Source of the DNA: Candidatus Iainarchaeum sp.
Lineage (GTDB): Archaea; Iainarchaeota; Iainarchaeia; Iainarchaeales; DTGL01
Direction: 5' to 3'
DNA length: 64,000 bases
NCBI GenBank assembly: GCA_026396995.1
Contig: JAPLVS010000054.1
Coordinates: 24,052 to 88,051, forward strand
How positions within the stretch are numbered: position 1 is the stretch's first letter; each line of letters opens with the position of its first letter. The notes beneath the pieces are model-generated. The model was not told where the DNA came from, did not search any database, and was given only the letters and a program-made list of their open reading frames with translations. Below, piece after piece: positions 9,713-18,472 of this stretch. A program made the translations under genes and the position numbers.

Positions 9713-10309
9713 TTGTTGTTAATACCGGAAGTGAGGGGGGTCTGTTTGCCAGTTGACGGCTATTTTATCCAATACAAGTTCATTCTGCCTGAATCCACGA
9801 GCCATTCCTCGTATTCCTACCAGAAGCTTTTCAGGGCGCTTTACGGTTATACGCAGGCGGTCAACAAATCCAGCGGGAAAAACTACAAATACCACCGCAA
9901 GGGGGTTCTGTCGGATTACCCGTATTTGCGGGCCGGAAAGAATTGCGTTATAATTGCGCCTGATGCTTTCCAGGGCCTTATTGCTTTCTTCAAGACTGGG
10001 AAAAACCCCACCCATAATTGGGAGACCAAGGGCAACTGGAAAGCTGTTTATTACATGGACGAAAAAGCGATTCCGGAACAGAAAATTGTGAAAGCGGTCG
10101 AAAACCTCATTGACAGGTCAAGTGTCGAAAAAGGCGCAAATATTCTCGCGGAATTAAGGCGCATCGGCTCAGGCACCCTTAATGCGGAGTATGAGCAGGC
10201 CGTAATCTCCCTGGCAAGGGGCATAACGAAGCACCCCTGGTTTTTGAAGGCCTGCGAGGATTCCCCAAAATTGAAGGAATTCAAAAAACTGGCTGATGCA
10301 AGGAAATAA
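9713..10309 (+). CDS. Hypothetical protein
   Basis: 198-aa ORF with a probable TTG/GTG start. No confident motif. There is a faint ferredoxin-like (Cas2/VapD-like) flavour in YKFILPES...LFRALYGYTQ. Confidence 0.35.
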   Translation: MLLIPEVRGVCLPVDGYFIQYKFILPESTSHSSYSYQKLFRALYGYTQAVNKSSGKNYKYHRKGVLSDYPYLRAGKNCVIIAPDAFQGLIAFFKTGKNPTHNWETKGNWKAVYYMDEKAIPEQKIVKAVENLIDRSSVEKGANILAELRRIGSGTLNAEYEQAVISLARGITKHPWFLKACEDSPKLKEFKKLADARK

Positions 10310-10317
10310 CCGCGATT

Positions 10318-10776
10318 CTAAGCCCGGCTTTCCCTTGCCTGTATCCTTATTTTTATTTCTTCTTTTTTCCCGCTTTTTTGCCCCTCTTTTTCCTGTTCCA
10401 ATTCAAACAAGAGCTCCTTTTTCCTCCACTTCCGCCTGCCGCCGATGTTTGTGGATTCAAAAAGGCTTATGTCAGCGAGGGTTTTGAGGTATGGGTAAAG
10501 GCTTTTCTCATTCTTATATTCAACTGCAAATATCTCCTTTATCCTGCGCCTTATCTCTTCCATGTCAACCCATTCTTCGAACCCAATGACGTTTACAAGG
10601 TGAAATGCCTGGGTGTTTTCAGTAAATGCCAAAAAGTCCCAAAGTGAACCGATTGCCTTCTCCTTTTCATCGGTTCCAGCCTGGCTGGTTGCATAAATCT
10701 TCTTTTCTGATTCGGCCCAATCCCTGGCTTTTTCGAAGGCCCTGAAGAAGGCGGCAATTAATCCTTTGACGCTCAT
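10318..10776 (-). CDS. Hypothetical protein
   Basis: 152-aa ORF with a K/E-rich tail. Its promoter region carries the GTAATTAC palindromes. Confidence 0.4.
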   Translation of the reverse strand: MSVKGLIAAFFRAFEKARDWAESEKKIYATSQAGTDEKEKAIGSLWDFLAFTENTQAFHLVNVIGFEEWVDMEEIRRRIKEIFAVEYKNEKSLYPYLKTLADISLFESTNIGGRRKWRKKELLFELEQEKEGQKSGKKEEIKIRIQARESRA

Positions 10777-10790
10777 ACTTATACTAATGA

Positions 10791-10850
10791 CCGTAATTAC
10801 TTAAAATAATTACGGTAAGCTCGATTAATTATAGTAATTACTGGTAATTA
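10791..10850. promoter_or_regulatory. Palindromic operator-like sites upstream of gene 10318-10776: CCGTAATT-N9-AATTACGG and the 10-bp palindrome AGTAATTACT
   Basis: Perfect inverted repeats within 15-75 bp of the ATG at 10776 on the minus strand, embedded in an AT-rich TATA-like sequence. Confidence 0.35.
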
Positions 10851-11266
10851 TTTTTTCTAATTTTTAATGCAAAAGTAATTGCCTTTTCAAAGGTTTTTTC
10901 AAGACCAAATAGGCTTTCATTGCTTCGGGCGGTTTTAGGTGCGCTGCCGGGCGAAAAGTAATTGAGGCACAGCTGCCTTTTTTGCCTGCTTTTCTAAAGG
11001 TCAGCCTGAATTTGGGCTTGGCCTGCGTTTCAGGCTGAAAGTAAGCCAGTCGGCTTTTGGGCATTTTCCGCCTTTTTCCGGGGCACGGCAAAGTGCATTA
11101 GTTTGGCAATAAAGTAATCCTGGCCCTACTGGCGCCAAACAGGTGTTTTTTGCTATTGAATGGAAAATGAGTGCCCCCTTCCGGGAAACCAGGCTGGTTT
11201 GCCCGAAAGTAAGCCAGAGTTTTTCTGGCCAAAAACCGGGCTTTTGGCCAGATTAGAAAAATAGAG

Positions 11267-11341
11267 TAGCGGGGAAAGGATTTGAACCTTTGACCTTCGG
11301 GTTATGAGCCCGACGGGCACTCCAGGCTGCCCTACCCCGCT
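11267..11341 (-). tRNA. Initiator tRNA-Met (anticodon CAT)
   Basis: Manual fold gives acceptor AGCGGGG/CCCCGCU with an A1:U72 pair, an anticodon stem with three G-C pairs (GGG/CCC), loop CUCAUAA, and a TTCAAAT T-loop. No CCA is encoded. Confidence 0.85.
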
Positions 11342-11547
11342 TAAAATGCCTGTTAATTGGACTAATACTATTCTTTTTAAAGGTTTTTAAACTTTTTCTT
11401 TGGCTTTAAACAAAATTAAAACCAAAATAATGCCTTGATTTTAAAATAAACCTTGAAATGGCCTTTTTTCCCCAAAATAAACTTTTTTTTATGGGTTTGT
11501 CATTTGTCCAACAATTTGTGTTTTTTTGTCCTGCCGACAGGCCTTTT

Positions 11548-12105
11548 CTAGATTAGTTTGCTGAATGCTTCTATTTCTTTTCTCATTTGCCCTACCTTGT
11601 CCGTAAGCCCGCGGCTCCTTTTCCTGCCGTCTATGCTGTTCAGTTCGCTGCCGCAATCAGGGCACCTGAACTGGTATTCTGCCGCGATTTCGAACGGAAA
11701 CTCGTGGCAATTCTTTTTGCAGGCAAAAAAGGAGTATGTTTCCTCGTGCTCCTTTTTTTGCTCCATTTTTTCGATTTCTTCTTTCTGTTTTTCTATTATA
11801 AGTTCAAGAATCCTTTTCCTGTCGATTGTCCAGGTGTATGAGTACCAGCCTGTCTTTTTGTTCCTTTTTTTCTGGTAGTTTGCCACGCCCCGGTAATGCA
11901 GCCTGTTGAGGATGGTCCGTATGTCGGTTACTTTTACTTTCATCTTGCCGGCGATTTCCTCGTCCCTTATCGGGTCAAAGCCTTTTTCATACAATGACAC
12001 GAGCTGGGTGGCGCCATCGCCGCCCATCTGGGACAGAAACTCGTTTACTGTCTGGAAGGTTGTGATTTTTTTTGCCAGCTTTTTTTTTGTCATTTTTTTA
12101 CCCAT
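11548..12105 (-). CDS. tfe: Transcription factor E (TFIIE-alpha homolog)
   Basis: N-terminal winged helix followed by the zinc ribbon FRCPDCGSEL. 185 aa, K-rich N-terminus. Confidence 0.75.
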   Translation of the reverse strand: MGKKMTKKKLAKKITTFQTVNEFLSQMGGDGATQLVSLYEKGFDPIRDEEIAGKMKVKVTDIRTILNRLHYRGVANYQKKRNKKTGWYSYTWTIDRKRILELIIEKQKEEIEKMEQKKEHEETYSFFACKKNCHEFPFEIAAEYQFRCPDCGSELNSIDGRKRSRGLTDKVGQMRKEIEAFSKLI

Positions 12106-12192
12106 ATCATTTGTTCTTGCAAACTAATTTAAACAATATTATTGGGATGATTGCCTGGCTCGCCGGGTTCAGGGCGCACGAAGCCAGAATTT

Positions 12193-12708
12193 TTACTTTT
12201 TTTCGTTTTTTGCAGTCAACACCATTTTTGCCCCGGGAAATTTTTTTTCGAGCTCTTTCCCTGAAAAGAGCCTGTCGAGGAGTATTGCAAGCGCGGCGAT
12301 TTCGCTGTGCGGCTGTTTTCCGATGGAAATATTGAAGTCGCTTTCCCTGTAAACACCTATTTCCACCTTTCTTGAGCCTATTATTGCCAGCACCTTGTTT
12401 TTCCTTCGCATTTTGCCTATTTCCTTGTTGATGGGCTTGCCGTACATTGTAAGGTGCACTATGCTGTATCCATGTTCCCTGAATTTTTTAACCTGTTCAA
12501 GCCACCCTGGTGAAAACTCCAATTCGAAGCCGCCGCCCCAGTTTTTTGTGATGCCTTCGACTGATTTTCTCAGGGCAAAATCCTCTTCGCCCTGTATGAT
12601 TATTTTTTTTGCGCCGAGTGCCCTTGCCACAAGGCAGCAATGTGTGGTTACGCGCAAATCCCTGTAAGGCCTGTGGCCGTATCTCAGCACTACTATGTTT
12701 TTTTCCAT
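12193..12708 (-). CDS. trm56: tRNA (cytidine56-2'-O)-methyltransferase aTrm56 (SPOUT)
   Basis: VLRYGHRPYRDLRVTTH...VHLTMYG...QPHSEIAALAILLDRLF matches the aTrm56 family closely. 171 aa. Confidence 0.8.
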   Translation of the reverse strand: MEKNIVVLRYGHRPYRDLRVTTHCCLVARALGAKKIIIQGEEDFALRKSVEGITKNWGGGFELEFSPGWLEQVKKFREHGYSIVHLTMYGKPINKEIGKMRRKNKVLAIIGSRKVEIGVYRESDFNISIGKQPHSEIAALAILLDRLFSGKELEKKFPGAKMVLTAKNEKK

Positions 12709-12792
12709 TTTTGCACCCGGCCTGATAACCCGATATATTTGTCCTGAGATAGTTATTTAACGCCTTTTTGGTTTATTTTTGTGAGTGGTTTT

Positions 12793-14061
12793 ATGCTTGA
12801 GCTTTCGTTTGTCAGGGAGCACGCCCCCGAAGCCAGAAAAAACCTGGCGAGGCGCGGCAATCCCCAATATCTCGAGATGTTTGACGAGCTTGTTGAAAAG
12901 GACAGGCGCTGGCGCGAGCTGAAGGCCGAAGAGGAAAGGCTCAGGGGCGAGCGCAACAAGCTGTCGGCTGAAGTGAACGCGCTTAAAAGAGAGGGAAAGC
13001 CGGTTGAAAAAGTTCTTGAAAAAGCCAAGTTTATTCCTAGGAAAGTCAAGGAAATGGAAGCTGAAGCCGATGCCTGCCGTGAAAAGGTTGAGTTCCTGCT
13101 TGCAAGGATTCCTAATATTTTGCACGAGTCTGTGCCTGAAGGCAAGGATGAGAGCGAGAATGCAGAGGTAAGGCGCTGGGGCGAGCCTAAAAAGCCTGCC
13201 TTTGCCTTGAAGCACCACGGCGAGCTTGCCCAGTCGAAAGGGCTTGCAGATTTCTCGAAGGCAGTTGATGTTTCCGGGGCCGGCTTTTACTATCTCAAAG
13301 GCAATCTTGCGCTTTTGGACCTTGCGCTCCAGCGGTTTGCTGTCGAAGCACTTGCAAAGAAAGGCTACATTACAATAATCCCGCCTCTTATGCTCCGCAG
13401 AAAACCCTATGAGGGCGTGACAGACCTTGCCGACTTCGAGAATGTTATGTATAAGATTGAGGGCGATGACCTTTTCCTTATTGCCACTTCCGAGCATCCG
13501 ATTGCTGCGATGCACATGGATGAAATCCTGGAAGAAAAAAATCTTCCGTTGAAGTACTGCGGCATTTCGCCTTGCTTCAGGCGGGAGATAGGCAAGCACT
13601 CGATTGACGAGCGTGGCCTGTTCCGCGTGCACCAGTTCTCCAAGGTGGAGCAGTTTATTTTCTGTAAGCCTGAAGATTCCTGGAAGTTCCACGAGGAGCT
13701 CCTAAAGAATGCCGAAGAGCTCATACAGGCGCTCGGCATCCCTTACCGCGTTCTTAATGTCTGCACTGGCGACATAGGCACTGTGGCTGCGAAAAAATAC
13801 GATATTGAGGCTTGGTCGCCGCGCGAAGGCAAGTATTTTGAGATTGTTTCCTGCTCGAACTGCGCTTCTTACCAGGCCGCAAGGCTCAAAATCCGCTGCA
13901 GGAAGGGCCAGGACAAGGAACTGGTGCACACGCTCAACAGCACAGCGCTGGCAACATCGCGCATTATCCGCGCAATCCTCGAGAATTTCCAGAACGAGGA
14001 CGGCTCAATTGAAGTGCCAAAAGTATTGCAGCCTTACATGGGCGGATTGAAAAAACTCTGA
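12793..14061 (+). CDS. serS: Seryl-tRNA synthetase
   Basis: N-terminal coiled-coil arm (MLELSFVREHAPEARKNL...) and a class II core with motif 2 (FRRE) and motif 3 (GSIEVP) regions. 422 aa. Confidence 0.9.
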   Translation: MLELSFVREHAPEARKNLARRGNPQYLEMFDELVEKDRRWRELKAEEERLRGERNKLSAEVNALKREGKPVEKVLEKAKFIPRKVKEMEAEADACREKVEFLLARIPNILHESVPEGKDESENAEVRRWGEPKKPAFALKHHGELAQSKGLADFSKAVDVSGAGFYYLKGNLALLDLALQRFAVEALAKKGYITIIPPLMLRRKPYEGVTDLADFENVMYKIEGDDLFLIATSEHPIAAMHMDEILEEKNLPLKYCGISPCFRREIGKHSIDERGLFRVHQFSKVEQFIFCKPEDSWKFHEELLKNAEELIQALGIPYRVLNVCTGDIGTVAAKKYDIEAWSPREGKYFEIVSCSNCASYQAARLKIRCRKGQDKELVHTLNSTALATSRIIRAILENFQNEDGSIEVPKVLQPYMGGLKKL

Positions 14062-14116
14062 CTGATGTCTGCTTTAAATTCCTTTCTGCTCACTTTTTTT
14101 GTGTGCCAGCTTTTAT

Positions 14117-14191
14117 GGGCCCGTAGCTCAGCTCGGTTAGAGCACTGGACTTTTAATCCAGGTGTCGTGGGTTCAAATCCCACCGGGCTCG
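14117..14191 (+). tRNA. tRNA-Lys (anticodon TTT)
   Basis: Manual fold gives acceptor GGGCCCG/CGGGCUC, anticodon arm CTGGA-CTTTTAA-TCCAG, and T-arm GTGGG-TTCAAAT-CCCAC. Confidence 0.9.
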
Positions 14192-14247
14192 CTGGTTGCC
14201 AGCGTTTCAATACCATTAAATTCAGTGATTGTGCAATTCTTTAAGAC

Positions 14248-14321
14248 GGGGCGGTAGCTCAGCCCGGTAGAGCAGTAGGCTGAAGACCTACGTGTCGCGA
14301 GTCCAAATCTCGCCCGCCCCA
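14248..14321 (+). tRNA. tRNA-Phe (anticodon GAA)
   Basis: Manual fold gives acceptor GGGGCGG/CCGCCCC with discriminator A, and anticodon arm GTAGG-CTGAAGA-CCTAC. Confidence 0.9.
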
Positions 14322-14333
14322 TTGTGGTTTTTA

Positions 14334-14980
14334 TGGCGCAGGAAAAAAAGGAAGGGAAAAGGCTGAAAATCGGGATTTGCGTGCCGCTTTACAACCTTGT
14401 TCCGAGCGTTTTCCACACGCATTTCGTGAATTTTTTTGTGAATGCCTCAAGGGATTACAGCCTGAGGCTTTTCCAGATTGATTCTGTTGCAGTGGATGTT
14501 GCGCGCAATGTTTTGGCCGAGGAGTTCCTTAAAAGCGACTGCGATTACCTGCTTTTCCTGGATTCCGACATTGTTTTTCCGCCGAACATAATCGACCTCC
14601 TGATAAGGCATGAAAAGGATTTTGTGAGCGCGATTTATTTCACCAGGAAGAAAATCAAGCCGATGCACCGCTTTTTGAAGGACGGCGAGTATGTTTCCCC
14701 TAACGAGGTCAAGCCAGGCCAGCTGGTTGAAGCGGATGCTGTCGGCCTGGGCTGTTCGCTTATCAGGCGCGAAGTGGTTGAGAAGGTCAGCGCGCAGAAC
14801 AAGGGCCTGCCTTTGTTCAAGATGGAGTTCAGGAATCGCACTGAAATCCTCGGCGAGGACGTGTTTTTCTGCAGGCTTGTCCAAAAGGCAGGTTTCAAGA
14901 TTTTTGTTGACACAGGCACGCTGGTGGGCCATTACGGCGTGATTGCGCCTGAAAGCGCTTTCAGGGATTATGTTTATTGA
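14334..14980 (+). CDS. Glycosyltransferase family 2-like protein
   Basis: GT-A fold signature with the DxD motif (LFLDSDIVF), preceded by ICVPLYN. Starts 13 nt after tRNA-Phe. Confidence 0.5.
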
Positions 14981-14982
14981 AT

Positions 14983-15723
14983 TCAGCTTTCCCCATATTC
15001 TTCTTCTATCCTGTGCACTACTATCCCGCGCGGGCCTATTTCGAGCGGGTGCAGGTCCTCTGAGTGCTTTGTTCCGCGCATTTTCCTTATGTGCAGGGTC
15101 CTGTTGCTTGTCATTCCAACACCCATGTAGTGCAATACTATTACGCCGTCGACAAGGTATTCTTCCACTCCGTATTTGCTGAAGCGGTTTTTTCCGTCAC
15201 CCAATTCCGAAATCAGTATTGATGTCACGCCGGCTTTTTCGAGGAGGTAGCCGAGCTTGAGCAGGGCTTTCCTTACCTCGTGCTCTGTTTTGAGGTTGTA
15301 GCCCAGGGATGGTATCGAGTCTATTACGACGCGTTTTGCCCCGTAGCGTTTTATTGAGGTGAGTATTTCTATCAGAAGCTTGTCCACGTCAAAGCCTGTG
15401 CTTGGCAGGGAGAATTCCTCGTCGCTCGGTATGCCTATCCTTGCTATGGCCCCGTCGATTATCTGGAGCATGTTTTCTTCCTCTAATTTCCTCAAATCCC
15501 AGCCGAAGTTCAGGCAGTCTTCCCTTATGAGGCTGGGCCTTTCGTCGAGTGTGACATATATTCCGGGCTCGCCGTATTTTTCGGCGCCTGCATAAACATA
15601 CTGGACCCCGAAAGTCGTTTTTCCTGTCCCGCAGCCTCCGCTTACAAGCATTGCCCTTCCTGACGGGAAGCCGCCTTCCAGCAATTCGTCCAACCCGATT
15701 ATTCCAGTGCGAACCCTTTCCAT
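14983..15723 (-). CDS. KaiC-like / RadA-paralog RecA-superfamily ATPase
   Basis: Single KaiC domain with TGIIGLDELLEGGFP, Walker A GGCGTGKTT, and Walker B VIDSI. Confidence 0.8.
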   Translation of the reverse strand: MERVRTGIIGLDELLEGGFPSGRAMLVSGGCGTGKTTFGVQYVYAGAEKYGEPGIYVTLDERPSLIREDCLNFGWDLRKLEEENMLQIIDGAIARIGIPSDEEFSLPSTGFDVDKLLIEILTSIKRYGAKRVVIDSIPSLGYNLKTEHEVRKALLKLGYLLEKAGVTSILISELGDGKNRFSKYGVEEYLVDGVIVLHYMGVGMTSNRTLHIRKMRGTKHSEDLHPLEIGPRGIVVHRIEEEYGES

Positions 15724-15789
15724 AAAACCACCAGTATGTTATAGGATTTATTTGTTAATATACTTTTTGCTCGGCCACAGTCAGCGCGT

Positions 15790-17652
15790 TCACCTGCCGG
15801 CTTCGATTACTGCCGGCACTGAAAGGATTGCCTGCCTTACGCGCTGGAATTGCTCTGCGTCTTTCAGCCTTATGTCGAAGGCGAATTTTATTGTGCCGCC
15901 TTTCTCGCTTTTTGTTTCGGTGCCACCTATTGTTGCGCCCTGCCTTTCGAGTTCGCTCAGCAGGTCTATCAGGATGCCGGCCCTTTCCACTGTCCTGACT
16001 GTAAGCTTTATCGAATGCGCTTTTTTTTCTTCGGCGCCCCATTCTATTCCGATTTTTTTCTTTTCAGGCAGCAATGCGAGGAGCGGGCAGCCAGCGGCAT
16101 GGATTGTTATTTTCCTTTTCGTGGTCCTGTACCCTGTTATTTTGTCGCCGGGCAGGGGATTGCAGCATTTTGCCATGATTGTTTTTTTGAATGAGGCTGT
16201 TGTCGGTGCGCCCGCCGCTTTGTGCGGCTTGTACTTCAGGCTTTTTATGCCGAGCGTTTTCCTTATTTTTGTTTTTGCCTTTTCGGTTTTCACGATGTTG
16301 AGCCAGGCAGGCTTGCACTGGGTTTTTTTGGACGTGTTTACTTCGACCACATCCCCGCTTTCAAGAATCCCGTGCAGAGGCGAGATTTTTTCATTCACGG
16401 TCACGCTTGCGCACTTGTTGCCTATGTCTGAATGTATTGCGTAGGCGAAATCGAGCGCCGTGGAGCCTTCAGGCAGGGTTATTATTTCTTTTTTCGGTGA
16501 GAGCACGAATATTTCGGGCTCGCCGAATGCGAGTTTCAGGGAACGCATTGTTTCCCCGGTTTTCTTTATTTTCCTCTGCCATTCCACGAACTGCTTTACC
16601 CAGGTCAGCTTCTGGTCGAAATCCCTGTCCCTTTCGATGTGCTTGTATCTCCAGTGCGCGGCAAGGCCTTCCTCTGCGTTCCTGTGCATTTCCATTGTGC
16701 GGGCCTGCACCTCGGCTTTCCTGCCGTGCCAGTCTATCACCGTGTGGATTGACTGGTAGTTGTTTTTCTTCGGGTTTGCGATGTAGTCGTCGTATTCCCC
16801 TATGGGCCTGAAATTCAGGTGGATAAGCCCGATGGCGCGGTAGCAGTCCTCCACAGTATTGCAGATTATCCTTGCCCCGTACAGGTCGCCCATTTCCCCG
16901 AATTTTTTGTTCTGCCCGAACATTTTTTTGTAAATGCTGTTGAAGTTTTTTGCCCTTCCGGAAACGCTGGCGCTGATTTTTTCCCTGCCCAGTATTGCGC
17001 CAATTTCCCTTTCCAGCTTTTTGACATTGCGCTCGCGCTGCTCCCTTTTTTCCCCGACAAGGGCTTTTATTTTTTCGTATTCTTTGGGCTTGAAATATTT
17101 TAGTGCGAGGTCCTGTATTTCCCATTCCATTTCATAAAGGCCAAGCTTGTGGGCTATAGGCGCATAAACGTCCTGCACCAGTTCTGCAAGCGATTCCCTT
17201 TTGTTCTCCGGCCTCTGCTGTATTTTCCTCATTTTGTCGAGTTGCGAGGCAATTTCCACGAAAAGGCTCCTGAAGTCCTTCGCTATGCCCATTATGACCT
17301 TTGCAAGCCGCTGGTTTTCGAGTTCCCCGTAATTCCTGTTTTTCACGCTTTTCAGCCTTGCAATGTCTTCCACGATGCCTGCTGTTTCCGTGTCAAGTGC
17401 TTTTTCCAGTTCGGTTTTCTTTTCGGGGCTGTCGAAAAGTATTTCGTGTGTAAGGGCGGCGGCGATTGTGCCGGCGTCAAGGCCGAGGCTTGCGAGGATG
17501 AAGGCGGTGTTTGCCTGGTGCGCTTCCTGTTCCTTGTTTTTGCTGTGCTGGGCTGAAAACCTGAAGGCTTTTTCCACCAATTCAAAATCGCTTTTGTTTA
17601 TGTGCGCGCAAGCTTCCTTCAATTCCGCGAAAGAGCGGTTCCGGTATTGCAT
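15790..17652 (-). CDS. Long RelA/SpoT homolog (RSH) with an intact (p)ppGpp synthetase domain, degenerate HD hydrolase motifs, and TGS, zinc-finger and ACT domains
   Basis: Synthetase motifs GRAKNFNSIYKKM, DLYGARII, DYIANPKKNNYQSIHT and EVQARTMEMH...AAHWRYK are present. The hydrolase region reads LTHEILFDS in place of LHDVVEDT and EIASQLDKMRK in place of KLADRLHNMRT. A TGS domain follows (LPEGSTALDFAYAIHSDIG), then CCNPLPGDK...HAAGCP and a C-terminal ACT. Confidence 0.8.
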   Translation of the reverse strand: MQYRNRSFAELKEACAHINKSDFELVEKAFRFSAQHSKNKEQEAHQANTAFILASLGLDAGTIAAALTHEILFDSPEKKTELEKALDTETAGIVEDIARLKSVKNRNYGELENQRLAKVIMGIAKDFRSLFVEIASQLDKMRKIQQRPENKRESLAELVQDVYAPIAHKLGLYEMEWEIQDLALKYFKPKEYEKIKALVGEKREQRERNVKKLEREIGAILGREKISASVSGRAKNFNSIYKKMFGQNKKFGEMGDLYGARIICNTVEDCYRAIGLIHLNFRPIGEYDDYIANPKKNNYQSIHTVIDWHGRKAEVQARTMEMHRNAEEGLAAHWRYKHIERDRDFDQKLTWVKQFVEWQRKIKKTGETMRSLKLAFGEPEIFVLSPKKEIITLPEGSTALDFAYAIHSDIGNKCASVTVNEKISPLHGILESGDVVEVNTSKKTQCKPAWLNIVKTEKAKTKIRKTLGIKSLKYKPHKAAGAPTTASFKKTIMAKCCNPLPGDKITGYRTTKRKITIHAAGCPLLALLPEKKKIGIEWGAEEKKAHSIKLTVRTVERAGILIDLLSELERQGATIGGTETKSEKGGTIKFAFDIRLKDAEQFQRVRQAILSVPAVIEAGR

Positions 17653-17762
17653 AATTGTATTTCTGCTGGAAGTTGAATAAATATATGCTTTGCATTCCAA
17701 GGCGATGGCTTTAAATTGTTTTTCGGTATTTATTTTTGAAGTCTGTTTTTGGAGGCGCTCGC

Positions 17763-18437
17763 ATGAAAACCCCTGTTCTTTTCATCAATTTCAAATGCTA
17801 TATGGAGGCAACAGGCAAAAATGCGGTTGCGCTTGCAAAAAAGGCAGAGGCGGTTGCCGGAAAATCCAAGGCGCAGATTGCCCTGGCGGTGCAGGCAGTT
17901 GATATAAGGCTTGTTTCCGAATCTGTTTCCCTCCCTGTTTTTGCCCAGCACGTTGACCCGGTGGAATACGGCTCGCGCACAGGGCATGTCCTGCCTGAGG
18001 CGGTAAAGGCTGCTGGTGCCAAAGGCACTGTTTTGAACCATGCGGAGAACAAGAGGGACAATGCTTTTCTGGAAAAAGCCATTGCACGCGCGCATGAAGC
18101 TGGCCTCACAGTGATGGTTTGTGCTGAGAGCATTGCAAGGGCCGAACAGGTTGCGGCTTTTTCGGAAAAGCCGGAGTTCATTGCAATAGAGCCTCCTGAG
18201 CTTATCGGCGGTGACATTTCTGTTTCGACTGCAAAGCCTGAACTTATAACCGATACAGTAAAAGCGGTTGAAGCGGTTGCGGGCATTCCGGTCATAACAG
18301 GGGCTGGGATAAAGAATGCCGATGATGTCAGGATTGCCCTCAAGTTGGGCACAAAAGGGGTCTTTGTCGCCTCAGGCATAATCAAGGCGCAGGACCAGGA
18401 GAAAGCGATTTTGGATTTGGTTAAGGGATTCAGTTAG
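17763..18437 (+). CDS. tpiA: Triosephosphate isomerase, archaeal short type
   Basis: INFKCY, AQHVD, VLNHAENKRD and C-terminal FVASGIIKAQD fit the roughly 225-aa archaeal TIM family. Confidence 0.75.
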   Translation: MKTPVLFINFKCYMEATGKNAVALAKKAEAVAGKSKAQIALAVQAVDIRLVSESVSLPVFAQHVDPVEYGSRTGHVLPEAVKAAGAKGTVLNHAENKRDNAFLEKAIARAHEAGLTVMVCAESIARAEQVAAFSEKPEFIAIEPPELIGGDISVSTAKPELITDTVKAVEAVAGIPVITGAGIKNADDVRIALKLGTKGVFVASGIIKAQDQEKAILDLVKGFS

Positions 18438-18472
18438 TTTTTTGTTGTTTAATTTTTGGGCAGGTGTTTTGG

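Noticed and set aside
9713-10309. Cas2/VapD-like call for the 198-aa protein
   Set aside because: The resemblance is limited to one short segment (LFRALYGYTQ...). The length does not fit Cas2, and no CRISPR array or other cas genes are present.
12757-13692. 311-aa ORF on the minus strand
   Set aside because: It is antisense to the well-supported serS gene. The composition is R/L/F-rich, as is typical of reverse-frame artefacts.
16469-17125. 218-aa Arg/Gly/Lys-rich ORF on the minus strand in an alternative frame
   Set aside because: It lies inside the RSH gene in another frame, has a junk-like composition, and overlaps conserved RSH motifs.
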